From a virus: 64,000 nucleotides of DNA. The stretch spans positions 1 to 64,000 of IMG/VR virus record IMGVR_UViG_3300024520_000063; one strand, written 5' to 3'. The position numbers and the translations under genes were made by a program. This document shows, piece after piece, positions 46,891-56,302 of this stretch (position 1 is the stretch's first letter; each line of letters begins with the position of its first letter). Under the pieces are notes generated by a model. The model ran no database searches. It saw nothing but the letters and a program-made list of their open reading frames with translations, and was not told the DNA's origin.

Positions 46891-48013
46891 CAACAAACCT
46901 GTGTTCTCTCCGTCTGCATGGCAGAAATACATTCTGCTTCGAGACATGGGGGGCACTGAGATTTCCGCGATGGCGATCTGCTTTGACCCCGACGAACCGC
47001 TGAAAATCAACGATCTCTACGTGCCCGAGCAAACATGCAGCTCGGCCTACACTGAGTTCGATGACGACGCCTTGAGTGAGCTGTACGAGATGTATGGCCC
47101 GCAGATCGACCCGGATGACGACACCAAGCTCACCGGTCTGCATCCTTATCAGTTCAGCCGCATCTGGCTGCACACTCACCCAGGTCAGAGCGCAAAGCCT
47201 TCAGGGACCGACCACACCACATTCAAGGAGCGGTTCGGGCCTCCAGACTGGGCAGTTATGTTCATTCTGGCACGTGGGGGACAAACCCATTGCGAGCTTA
47301 AGGTTCGCAGTGAATCCGGTCTTGTTAACGCTCATGTCAGGCACGATTCCAGTGAGTGGGTCGACTGGAGCATGCCGTGCGTTCCGGTGAATCATGATGA
47401 ATTGAAGGAAATCTACAAGAAGAAAGTAAAAACCAGCCACGCGGCGGTGTCTTACGGCGGTGCGTGGAATGGCGGACACTCCTACACCACTCGTGGGGGC
47501 AAGCCAGGATACTACGCCAATGGAAAGTGGACCGAGTATGGGACTCAAGGGAAGTCCAACCAGACCGGCACAAAGAAGATTGAAGTTAACCAAAGAAACC
47601 AGAGAGAGCCACTCGACTTTGGCGACCTGGAATGGAGATACAAGCGTGAAGACCACTTCATGAAGCAGTATCTCCAGGATGTTTACGTGGACATCAAGAC
47701 ATGGGGAAATGCTGCCGACGTCATGAAGAGAGATGACTTTGAAGAAGTTTGGGCTCCGGACGACCAGGACTTCGCAATGTGGATGGACCAGAAGTGGCTC
47801 ATGGGTCGAGATTGCAAAATCGAATTCATCGACGAGAGCGAAGATGGAGAAGAGACCATATGGGAATGCTCTGCCCAGGAAGCGCAGATGCTTGTCCAGA
47901 AGAAAGTCATCGAGGACACGGACTTCGGAGAGTTTTTCGGTGCAGACAAAAAGGATGACGAAGACGATGAGGAATTGGATTTCTCTTTCCCTGGTCTGCA
48001 CATGTGGCAGTAA
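46880..48013 (+). CDS. JAB/MPN+ (JAMM) metallopeptidase domain protein
   Basis: IWLHTHPGQSAKPSGTDHTTF = HxHx7Sx2D JAMM motif with upstream Glu; overlaps upstream stop by 11 nt. Confidence 0.65.
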   Translation: MTTNNKPVFSPSAWQKYILLRDMGGTEISAMAICFDPDEPLKINDLYVPEQTCSSAYTEFDDDALSELYEMYGPQIDPDDDTKLTGLHPYQFSRIWLHTHPGQSAKPSGTDHTTFKERFGPPDWAVMFILARGGQTHCELKVRSESGLVNAHVRHDSSEWVDWSMPCVPVNHDELKEIYKKKVKTSHAAVSYGGAWNGGHSYTTRGGKPGYYANGKWTEYGTQGKSNQTGTKKIEVNQRNQREPLDFGDLEWRYKREDHFMKQYLQDVYVDIKTWGNAADVMKRDDFEEVWAPDDQDFAMWMDQKWLMGRDCKIEFIDESEDGEETIWECSAQEAQMLVQKKVIEDTDFGEFFGADKKDDEDDEELDFSFPGLHMWQ

Positions 48014-48058
48014 GGCTGGCTGTAACCGCTTAATGTTTCTCTAACGGAGGTGGAAGGT

Positions 48059-48913
48059 ATGCCGTCACTTAACAGGTTTTCTCGACAGGAGAGTATTGTC
48101 CCGGTTGAGAAGAAGACTCCGGTGACAATCATCGGGGTCGGAGCTATTGGACTTCAGCTCGCGAAGTTCATGGCCTCAATGGGAATCCCTCAAATCAGGT
48201 TGATCGACTTTGATGTAGTCGAAGATACCAACATCACTACGCAGGGATACACCGGATCGCAGCTGGGATTGCCCAAGGTGGAAGCCGCAAGGGATTCCAT
48301 CCATGCCATCGACGCGGACATCAAGGTCATCGCAGAAAATGACCGATGGAGACCGAAAACCAAGATTGATGGGGTCGTGTTCTGCTGCGTCGACTCGATC
48401 AAGGCTCGCGAGTGCATCTGGAAAGGCATCAAGAATAAGGTGGATTTCTTCTGTGATGCCAGAATGCTCGGTGAGGTCTTCCATGTGTACGCATGGATCA
48501 AAGGTGCCCCTCACGAAGACTACGAGCAGACGCTGTTCGCAGAAGAAGAGACGATCGCAGGCCAGTGTACCGCAGCAGGTACGATCTACTGTGCTGGCAT
48601 GGCCGCAGGTGCCATGTGTCACCAGTACACGCGATGGATCAGGGGTGTTCTGCCTCCCGATGTGAGCTGGTCCTGTGCTTTGCTGTCCAGCGAGCTTTCA
48701 GTCATCTCACGGGACTTCGTTGCTCCGCCAGAGGATACTGGAATGCTGGTCAAGGAAGTAATCGTCGAGAAGCCAGAAGAGGTTGCGACTCCTGTGGAAG
48801 AAGAGGCAGAAGAAGCCTCAGCTGAACCAGAACCGGTGCCCGCTCTGGCGGACCCTGTGGACGACTATGACGATGATGACTGGGACAGAGAACGAGAAGA
48901 GGACCGCTGGTAA
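48059..48913 (+). CDS. E1-like (ThiF/MoeB family) activating enzyme
   Basis: VTIIGVGAIGLQLAKFMASMGIPQIRLIDFDVVEDTNITTQ matches ThiF/MoeB Rossmann GxGxxG ... D.D.VE.SNL.RQ block; RBS ggaggtgg; followed by terminator. Confidence 0.7.
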   Translation: MPSLNRFSRQESIVPVEKKTPVTIIGVGAIGLQLAKFMASMGIPQIRLIDFDVVEDTNITTQGYTGSQLGLPKVEAARDSIHAIDADIKVIAENDRWRPKTKIDGVVFCCVDSIKARECIWKGIKNKVDFFCDARMLGEVFHVYAWIKGAPHEDYEQTLFAEEETIAGQCTAAGTIYCAGMAAGAMCHQYTRWIRGVLPPDVSWSCALLSSELSVISRDFVAPPEDTGMLVKEVIVEKPEEVATPVEEEAEEASAEPEPVPALADPVDDYDDDDWDREREEDRW

Positions 48914-48924
48914 CAATTCCCAAT

Positions 48925-48960
48925 ACGGAGCGCCAACCTTGGCGCTCCGTATTTCCTTTT
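48925..48960 (+). terminator. rho-independent terminator (ACGGAGCGCCAA/TTGGCGCTCCGT stem + T-tract)
   Basis: direct reading: acggagcgccaaccttggcgctccgtatttcctttt. Confidence 0.7.
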
Positions 48961-48971
48961 AAGGACTAGCC

Positions 48972-50321
48972 ATGAATAGAAAGAGAGTTAAGCAGATCCT
49001 GAAGGCTTGTGGGAACTGGTCTCAGAGTCAGGAATTCGACATCCGCCCCGTCCGACAACAGTTGGCCCGTGCCACGGGCCAACTGAACACCTCAAGGCGG
49101 ATAATTACGCAATCCGCCATAAGGGGCTCTATTACTCGCGAAGAACACCTGGCCCTTCAGAGGGCAGTAGAAGAAACAAGATCCAACTTGTCTACTCTTA
49201 CCCGCTGGGTCAGAGATCTCCCGTTCGACACCCAAACCAGAGAGTCAGCCGCACCGAATCTGGACTATGTCGATCGGGACGAGTACGTCATTGACCGGAA
49301 GACAATCAGTTTCACCACAGAACCCATCACATTTGATGATGTTGAGCTGGGCAGATTCAAAGTCTCACTGAATACAGAAAATGGCACTCTCATAGCCGAG
49401 GCCCTTGAGCCTAACCACCCACAAGAGGACTCAAGAGTTACCCATCCGAACATCAAGAATGACGCTATCTGCATGGGAGAAGGAGCTGGACCGTTCTCGG
49501 CCTGCATCAGACAAGGCTTGTTCTTCCACGCACTGGATATCGCAGTATCCGTCGTAAGAACCAATGGGGACGACAGCCCTTACGTTTCAATTGAAAACTG
49601 GGACGGGTACGAATGCGGCGCGTGTGGCGACAGTACCACGGATATATGCCGCGAGTGTGAAGAGGCGTTTTGCTCAGAGTGCCAGATCGCGGACACGGAT
49701 GGATATTCACGCTGCGATGATTGCTCTCCGCCAACCTGCTGCATCTGTGAAGCTGTCAGGTTCGGAGAAACCTGTTCCGCCTATGGGTGCTATGAATCTA
49801 TCTGTGGAGCGTGCTTGGATAATAATCACGTATGTCCGGAACACAGGCCTGTATGTGCAATCTGCGAAGAAAAGCATTCCGGAGATACCCCTTGTCCTGG
49901 CTGTGGCGATAGCGTCTGCGATGAATGCGGCTGGGAGCGATGCCACCTGTGCGATGAGTACAAATGCTCAAATTGCATTGATCAGTGCCATGCCTGCGAG
50001 GAAAAATCCTGTAACGGATGCTCTGCCATTAAGTGCGAGGAGTGCCCAGAGCATATTTGCGGAGCATGTATGCAATCCTGTGAGTGTGGAGAAGATGTCT
50101 GTGCGACATGCTTTTCCGATAACGGAGATTGTTGTTCCAACTGTAAGGAGCCTGAGGAATGTTCGGAGACAACAGAGACGACCCCGACGAATTCATCAGA
50201 AGGGCCGCAACAACCACAGTCACCAGAAGGTTCCGGTCAAGACGAACCGAACTCTACCAGGTCAAGCGAAGAAGTATCGCAGGATGTGGTCGTATGCGAG
50301 GTGATCCTCTCGAACGACTGA
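48972..50321 (+). CDS. second E2 (UBC)-like protein with extended Cys-rich zinc-ribbon array (paralog of 45700)
   Basis: VTHPNIKNDAICMGEG E2 signature; about 60 Cys in CxxC arrangements in C-terminal 250 aa. Confidence 0.55.
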   Translation: MNRKRVKQILKACGNWSQSQEFDIRPVRQQLARATGQLNTSRRIITQSAIRGSITREEHLALQRAVEETRSNLSTLTRWVRDLPFDTQTRESAAPNLDYVDRDEYVIDRKTISFTTEPITFDDVELGRFKVSLNTENGTLIAEALEPNHPQEDSRVTHPNIKNDAICMGEGAGPFSACIRQGLFFHALDIAVSVVRTNGDDSPYVSIENWDGYECGACGDSTTDICRECEEAFCSECQIADTDGYSRCDDCSPPTCCICEAVRFGETCSAYGCYESICGACLDNNHVCPEHRPVCAICEEKHSGDTPCPGCGDSVCDECGWERCHLCDEYKCSNCIDQCHACEEKSCNGCSAIKCEECPEHICGACMQSCECGEDVCATCFSDNGDCCSNCKEPEECSETTETTPTNSSEGPQQPQSPEGSGQDEPNSTRSSEEVSQDVVVCEVILSND

Positions 50322-50430
50322 AGCTTCTGGATCAATGGGAAATGACCGGAGATATTTCATTCCTGTCAGAATTCCGTAAGCAGCTTTCTGACGTGTGTAA
50401 CAACACCCCACGAGTCTCATTGGAGAACCT

Positions 50431-50919
50431 ATGCCTGTTATCAGCAGACAGCAACTGGCCGAACGCCTCGGAGAAATCTCCGGAGTAACACACATCACGA
50501 TCAGTGCGACGACACGTCCCCGGCTGGTGGGCGGTAAGAAGTGCCCACTACACGGAGTGGAAAAGCACGTTCGAATCAACGGGCCAATTGGAACCCGCTT
50601 CCAGTCGGATGTCGAACGCAGACAGGCCAAGGAAGGTCTTGAGATCGGGTATAGCCCCGGAGAGACATACGCTGATTACGAGGGCGGACTGGTCACCCAC
50701 AAGGGCAAGCATTACCTCCGACTCCGAATCGACAACATACTGGACGAGTCCTATACCTTTGATGGGAACGAGGTATCCAAGGAAGAGGTCGACCAATTCA
50801 CTCGCAAGGATCGTGAGAACCGACAAGAGGTCGACGACCCAGCAGTTATGCGGCGATTTAATCTGGACAACATCACGGCCATTACGATGCAGGGTCAATC
50901 ATTCACTCTTAAGGACTAG
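50431..50919 (+). CDS. hypothetical protein
   Basis: 162 aa. Confidence 0.45.
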   Translation: MPVISRQQLAERLGEISGVTHITISATTRPRLVGGKKCPLHGVEKHVRINGPIGTRFQSDVERRQAKEGLEIGYSPGETYADYEGGLVTHKGKHYLRLRIDNILDESYTFDGNEVSKEEVDQFTRKDRENRQEVDDPAVMRRFNLDNITAITMQGQSFTLKD

Positions 50920-51073
50920 CCATGCCAGTGACATATGAAGACGTGGTCCTGTTCATTAGCGAAAGATGCCGTGCGTCCGAAGACCTCGATGATATTGATA
51001 GGGAAATCGCCTGCTACATGGAAAATCTGGGCAGGGACGTGATGGAAGACATACTCATCGACAAAGTCATAAA

Positions 51074-51676
51074 TCACTTCGGCAGAGCCCCGGAATCCTG
51101 AAGCTCATCAATAAGCAGTGAAATCTTGTTGATCTGCTCATCAGTCATCTCGTCAACACTTATGTTCAGTTGTGGATCTTCAGTTCCAGTAGGCCCAGTG
51201 AGCGATTGTGCTTTCGGGGCATTTGCACCCGGCCACATGTCCCGCTGATCAGCCAAGGCACGGATAGCACCCATCAAGTATCTGGGATCGCCTTCCTTTT
51301 CCGTTTCCGTGATCTCTTCCTCGTCACCACGGGGAGTGGTCTTGTTCCGCTTCTTTATCTTCTTACCGGAGGAATTACGCCATGCCGTGACAAACTCTTT
51401 GTAGATCAGGTCGAGACGGAGATGGTTCTGCATCTTCAGTGACGCAACATCAACTGCGACACCAGATGCCATAAATCTTTCAACTTCTCGACATGCTCGC
51501 TTGACTGTGGCTACTTCACAGTCAACATGTTGTGCAACCTCAGTCGCAAGCAGACCCGACTCGCAGAGTTGCCAGATCTCGATATCCCGTTGCGAAGGGG
51601 TGGACGCTGTGGACTTAACTTTGACGGTCCCGCTTAAGAGGGCGGGCACGTCAACCTTCGCAAGGTCATTAGACAT
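51074..51676 (-). CDS. HTH DNA-binding protein (regulator or terminase small subunit-like)
   Basis: segment IWQLCESGLLATEVAQHVDCEVATVKRACREVERF resembles sigma70 region-4/TerS-type HTH. Confidence 0.4.
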   Translation of the reverse strand: MSNDLAKVDVPALLSGTVKVKSTASTPSQRDIEIWQLCESGLLATEVAQHVDCEVATVKRACREVERFMASGVAVDVASLKMQNHLRLDLIYKEFVTAWRNSSGKKIKKRNKTTPRGDEEEITETEKEGDPRYLMGAIRALADQRDMWPGANAPKAQSLTGPTGTEDPQLNISVDEMTDEQINKISLLIDELQDSGALPK

Positions 51677-51989
51677 GATCGAAGTCCTTGTTTTAGTAGC
51701 CGTATTCTGTCTTGGGACCGCAATGGGAATGCAGTACACGCGATCCAAGGTGGAAGATATCCTGACACGCTTACACAATCGCATGCACTACCAGAGAGTC
51801 ATGCACACTGTCCAGAGGGATCAGGATCATATCACGACAGTCCTGATTACGGCAGATTACATCAACACCCAGATCGAAGGGAAGCGTTTTGACTGGGAAG
51901 GATGGTCATACGAACTGCCTGTCCTGCATCCCACCACTTGGGTTTTTCCTGACGATACACGCAAATTTGAGCAAGAGGTCCCGCTATGC
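51675..51989 (+). CDS. membrane protein
   Basis: MIEVLVLVAVFCLGTAMGM N-terminal TM helix. Confidence 0.4.
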
Positions 51990-52378
51990 TGACTGGAATA
52001 TTCCAAGACTTCTGCACTCTCCTTAAGCAGGCCAAAACCATCCAGGATGCCATGAAGCTGGAGCAGATGGCCAAGGAGAGGCGGGAAAAGCTCATCCGTG
52101 CCGAGAGGAGCGAATGGGCCATTCAGAAGATATGGCTCACCAAGCAGGCATCTAACCACTGGACAGCCAAGAAGGGGGCCACGAAGTATGTCGAGAAGCA
52201 CGGGGAGCACCAGTACAGCATGAGCCCGACAAAGATGGACGATCCTCGGGTTCGGTGGTTCCAGTGTAAGCTGCATGCTGAGGAGTTCATGGCCCATATG
52301 CGGGCGGACCAACCAGAATCATTTGAATCCAGGTTTGCCGAGATCGGCTTGGTGAGCCGCAAGAAACAAAGGCATTAG
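51986..52378 (+). CDS. hypothetical protein
   Basis: 130 aa. Confidence 0.45.
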   Translation: MLTGIFQDFCTLLKQAKTIQDAMKLEQMAKERREKLIRAERSEWAIQKIWLTKQASNHWTAKKGATKYVEKHGEHQYSMSPTKMDDPRVRWFQCKLHAEEFMAHMRADQPESFESRFAEIGLVSRKKQRH

Positions 52379-52380
52379 CC

Positions 52381-52764
52381 GTGCCATTACCCAGCGTCCG
52401 AGTCGTCGTGGGAACCGAATGTGAGGACACGATTCCTCGCAGATACATCCCAGATCCAGAGACGCAACTAGACATCCTCAGAGCGGAGATCAACCGCAGA
52501 AATCCAGATGAAGATATGGTGTTCTTCTGCTCTGACCACCAGGAAGTGGTGGGCTTTATGACGCTCCACAAGCTAAGGGAGTGCGAAACCGTTCTCGTCA
52601 GAAGCCACGAAGGGGAACGACAGGTTTTCGACTTGGACATAGATGGGATCACAATACTTCCTTGGCCGGACCATTTCTTGGAAGTCTGCTTCTATCTAAT
52701 CTTTATGCCCCGTTCCGGAGAGGAGGTCCTGCATGAACGGATGGGTAAGAGTCACCAGGAATAA
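52381..52764 (+). CDS. hypothetical protein
   Basis: GTG start, 127 aa. Confidence 0.4.
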   Translation: MPLPSVRVVVGTECEDTIPRRYIPDPETQLDILRAEINRRNPDEDMVFFCSDHQEVVGFMTLHKLRECETVLVRSHEGERQVFDLDIDGITILPWPDHFLEVCFYLIFMPRSGEEVLHERMGKSHQE

Positions 52765-53632
52765 TCCCTGCCCAGTCTGTGGCAAGTACGACAACTGCTG
52801 CGTCACAGAGGATGGCGGAGCGGCATGGTGCGGTAGAGTATCGTCAGAAACAGTCAATAACGGTGGGCAGAGCCTGCACATCCTGAAGGAGCGGGAGCGG
52901 CCAGAGCAGTTAGCGCCAAGGCTGGCGCAAAAGCCTGTGTACTTCACTAAGGAAGCCCAGAAACTCTCAAAATCAGCAGAGGCAGCAGATCTTGAAAGAC
53001 TGGCAAAGCAGCTCCTGCATGGAACTCCCCATTCTCCAGCAAGGATGTTCAAGGGCATCAGTGTTGGATACGACTCAGACAAGAGGTATTGGACAATTCC
53101 GGAACGGGACGACTTGGGAAATGTGATTGGAATCTGCAGGAGATACGAAGACGGATCCAAGTTCATGATCGAGGGAGGAAAGCGAGGACTGATCTACCAG
53201 AAGGATTGGTATTGCCAGCTAGGTCCCGTCTACTGCCCTGAAGGATTCACGGACGTGGCAGCCCTGCAGAACTGTGGCTTCTGTACTATCGGAAGACCAT
53301 CGTGCTCTGGAGGAATCGAAATGCTCGGCAACCTACTGCTCAGAGCACCGTCCGGAAAGAGGATCATCATACTGGGTGAGAACGACAGGAAGACTCACGA
53401 GAGCCTAAGCGAAAAGGTCAAGGAAACACACGATCCTGACTGTCCTGATTGCATGCAATGCTGGCCTGGAAAGTGGGGAGCAAGACGCACCGCATCAGCC
53501 CTGGCGAAGAAGCTGGGCATTCCAGTCTCATGGACCATGCCTCCAGATGATTGCAAGGACGCGCGGGAATGGGTTGTGCGCCACCCGGAATGGTTTGTTG
53601 ACACGCCTAATCTGAATTGGGAGATACCATGA
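52733..53632 (+). CDS. DNA primase (zinc-ribbon + Toprim)
   Basis: N-terminal CPVCGKYDNCC...WCGR zinc ribbon; later IIILGENDRKTHE Toprim-like acidic motif. Confidence 0.5.
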   Translation: MNGWVRVTRNNPCPVCGKYDNCCVTEDGGAAWCGRVSSETVNNGGQSLHILKERERPEQLAPRLAQKPVYFTKEAQKLSKSAEAADLERLAKQLLHGTPHSPARMFKGISVGYDSDKRYWTIPERDDLGNVIGICRRYEDGSKFMIEGGKRGLIYQKDWYCQLGPVYCPEGFTDVAALQNCGFCTIGRPSCSGGIEMLGNLLLRAPSGKRIIILGENDRKTHESLSEKVKETHDPDCPDCMQCWPGKWGARRTASALAKKLGIPVSWTMPPDDCKDAREWVVRHPEWFVDTPNLNWEIP

Positions 53633-53811
53633 TCATCACAGATGAGCAGGAAGACGCGCTAGATGGCCTTCGCCATGCCATCAACTACGCTGATGAAACA
53701 GGACTTCTTAACGAGCTGAGATACATCGAATTTGGACAGATGGACACACTCGTCGAGGAAGTTGATGACCTGTGTCGTCGCGTCAGAAAAGACAGGGAAT
53801 CGAGCAGTTAA
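53629..53811 (+). CDS. small acidic protein
   Basis: ATGA overlap with primase stop. Confidence 0.4.
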   Translation: MIITDEQEDALDGLRHAINYADETGLLNELRYIEFGQMDTLVEEVDDLCRRVRKDRESSS

Positions 53812-53949
53812 ATGCTGCCGAAAAGGACGTTTGCCGATTGGCAATGTGCCACCGAACAGCCCCCCCCCGAAACAGAGATTGCGACCGTGGAGATACATAG
53901 CCGATTCCGTCCGTGTAACCGAGCAAGTTCCTGAACACAGAAAGAAACT

Positions 53950-54454
53950 CATGTCTGACTACCCACAAGAAGTAGTAGATGTCGCCAAACAGTGCGACCT
54001 GAACAACACATCCGATATCAACGAAGCTGTCGAAGAGTGGTATCGGAAAGTCCAGGCCATGCAAGGCTTCGGTGACTGGGTCGAGTCGTTCATTAAATCC
54101 GCTGGGCGGTCCATCATTCAAGACTGTCGCCACCGCAGGAATACCCAGATGAAGCGGGAGGCGGGAGCCTATGGCGGTCCAGCTAAAGTCGTCGCAGGAA
54201 TGAACACGGCTTCCACTTACGTAGCCTCACTCTTCGACTACGCAATTGACGGTCGCAGGTTGGGCGACATTAGATGGGAGGAGCTGGAATCCATTGCAGC
54301 CGAACAACAGATGAAGGCAATGGGATACACCTACAACTTCGACCTCTGCGTACTACTCAGGAGCAAGAAGCCCCAAAGAGCAAGTATCGAAGCAACTATC
54401 GAAGAATCCTTCGGAGAGAGCTCTCTCAAGAAGGTGTTCAATTCGCTCGCGTAA
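53950..54454 (+). CDS. hypothetical protein
   Basis: start MSDYPQEV in ORF 53732..54454. Confidence 0.4.
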
Positions 54455-54601
54455 ACACTGGATAACGACTTGCTACCGATGCTAGCCATTTCCGAGACTC
54501 ATTCTGAAGCCGAAAACCTCAGATACTTAATTCAATGACCGAGATGATCGCTGCAACCGAAAACTGGAGCTGTTACCCTAACCCATTGAGGAGATTTTGA
54601 G

Positions 54602-55498
54602 ATGTCGCAGACTGACCAGACAGAACTTTGTAACGTGATCATGGAGCACTGCCGAGTCAGGAATGCTTTCCTGAAGAGCAAGAATGCCATCATCAACAGA
54701 ACAGCATCCAGCATTGCAACGGTGATTGGATATCACTCCGGCATGGAAGAGGTCGATCGGAAAAAGCAATACAACGCGGCCCGAGATTTCGTAGTGAAGC
54801 GTATCGCTGGCAAGGAAGCCCAGATGGATGGCGAACTCAGCGATCGACAGCGACTCGCAATCGAGGCTCTTGTTGGTGGTGTCATGGGAAGTGCCCAGGC
54901 CTTCACCGAACAGGAGAACGTCTATAAGAAAGAGCTGACGAAGCTGGGCAGGCAGCTGGAAATCTGGGAGAGATGGGCCAAGGATGTCCGAGGTATCTCT
55001 GAGTTCGGACTGTCTGTCGTCGTAGGGGAAATCGGAAATCTGGACAACTATCCGAACCCAGCCAAGGTCTGGAAGCGGATGGGATGTGCCCCCTATGAGA
55101 AGAACGGGGAAACCAAGGCCCCGAGTACGTGGCGGTCCAAGGGCGGACTTAAGAGCGAAGACTGGGAAATCCTTGGATACAGCCCGAGACGCCGCAGCGT
55201 GATCTACAACCTGGCAGCGTCCATCATTAAGGCGAATCCCAAGGACTCAGGGTCGGAGTTCAGGGCAAGATACGACGAAGCCAAAGAGCTGGGCTTGGAG
55301 AAACACCCTGATTGGAGCTTGGGCCACGCACACAACCACGGGATGCTGCTGTGTGGGAAGAGGTTCCTGAGGGAATTGTGGATCAACTGGACAGAACCGG
55401 ATTCCGAATTGTCACCGATATCCGAAGTTTCAGAACCGGTTGTCACCACAACAGAGAGGGTTCCATTTGCGATCACCGAAGAGTTGAGCTTGAAGTAG
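54602..55498 (+). CDS. HhH protein resembling C-terminal domain of IS110-family transposases (no DEDD domain)
   Basis: ISEFGLSVVVGEIGNLDNYPNPAKVWKRMGCAPYEKNGETKAPSTWRSKGGLKSEDWEILGYSPRRRSVIYNLAASIIK resembles Transposase_20 helix-hairpin-helix region. Confidence 0.35.
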   Translation: MSQTDQTELCNVIMEHCRVRNAFLKSKNAIINRTASSIATVIGYHSGMEEVDRKKQYNAARDFVVKRIAGKEAQMDGELSDRQRLAIEALVGGVMGSAQAFTEQENVYKKELTKLGRQLEIWERWAKDVRGISEFGLSVVVGEIGNLDNYPNPAKVWKRMGCAPYEKNGETKAPSTWRSKGGLKSEDWEILGYSPRRRSVIYNLAASIIKANPKDSGSEFRARYDEAKELGLEKHPDWSLGHAHNHGMLLCGKRFLRELWINWTEPDSELSPISEVSEPVVTTTERVPFAITEELSLK

Positions 55499-55657
55499 CC
55501 GAATGAACCTTTGATACCGATACCAGTTGTTAGCACAGAATATACACATGCAGCCGAACCCAGATTTGCTCGATGGAAGTCATGTAACCGATTGAACCAG
55601 TGAGAACATTAACGGCTTCGCCCGTGTACCCGAAAAAAGCCCTGCCTTGGAGGTTTT

Positions 55658-56302
55658 ATGCAATTCTGGAACCAGGATCCCATCGTGGGAATGGTTACTT
55701 GTCCTCGCGAAGTGAACTATGCCCGCGACACTCTCACGAACATATCTCATTGCGGACTGCCAGCACCAACCATATACCACGACGACCAGAAGGAAGGCCC
55801 GGTTCCAGGGTGGTTTAATTGCCTCAAGCTCTTAAGAAGAAGAGCCTCAAAGATGGCGAGCAACCCACCCATTCTTATTCTTCAGGACGATCTGATATTC
55901 AAGCAGAATCCCGGATTCTTCTTCCCCTTGCCGCCAAGGAACGACGCCCTCCTGAGCCTGTTTACAGTCAATAGGCCAGAGACAGTCAGAGAAGGCTGGC
56001 AAATAGCAGACACGAGCAGTCAGCGAAGAAAGATCGAGTGTGATGGCGGATTGGCGTTTGTCATGGATAGCTCAGTCGCACACGACTTGTTGGCTTGGTA
56101 CTCAATAGACAGGAAGGACGGAAAGAACCCAAGAACAAATCTTCCGGAGCTTCTCGGCGAATACTGCCAACTGTCCGATATCGCTTATTACATATCTCCA
56201 AAGAATTGCGTCCAGCACACCGGAGAGGTACCAGCACGGGACGGATACCCGGAAGGCTTTAGGTGGAATGTCAAACAAACCAGACCAAAGGACAGAAAAT
56301 GA
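55658..56302 (+). CDS. putative glycosyltransferase-like protein
   Basis: RBS ggagg; IVGMVTCPRE and ILILQDDLIF GT-A-like segments; weak. Confidence 0.3.
   Translation: MQFWNQDPIVGMVTCPREVNYARDTLTNISHCGLPAPTIYHDDQKEGPVPGWFNCLKLLRRRASKMASNPPILILQDDLIFKQNPGFFFPLPPRNDALLSLFTVNRPETVREGWQIADTSSQRRKIECDGGLAFVMDSSVAHDLLAWYSIDRKDGKNPRTNLPELLGEYCQLSDIAYYISPKNCVQHTGEVPARDGYPEGFRWNVKQTRPKDRK

Noticed and set aside
47201-48001. 266-aa minus-strand ORF
   Set aside because: Antisense shadow of the JAB-domain gene.
49564-50304. 246-aa plus-strand alternative-frame ORF inside E2b gene
   Set aside because: Alternative frame of the Cys-rich region; the in-frame Cys-pair periodicity supports the annotated frame.
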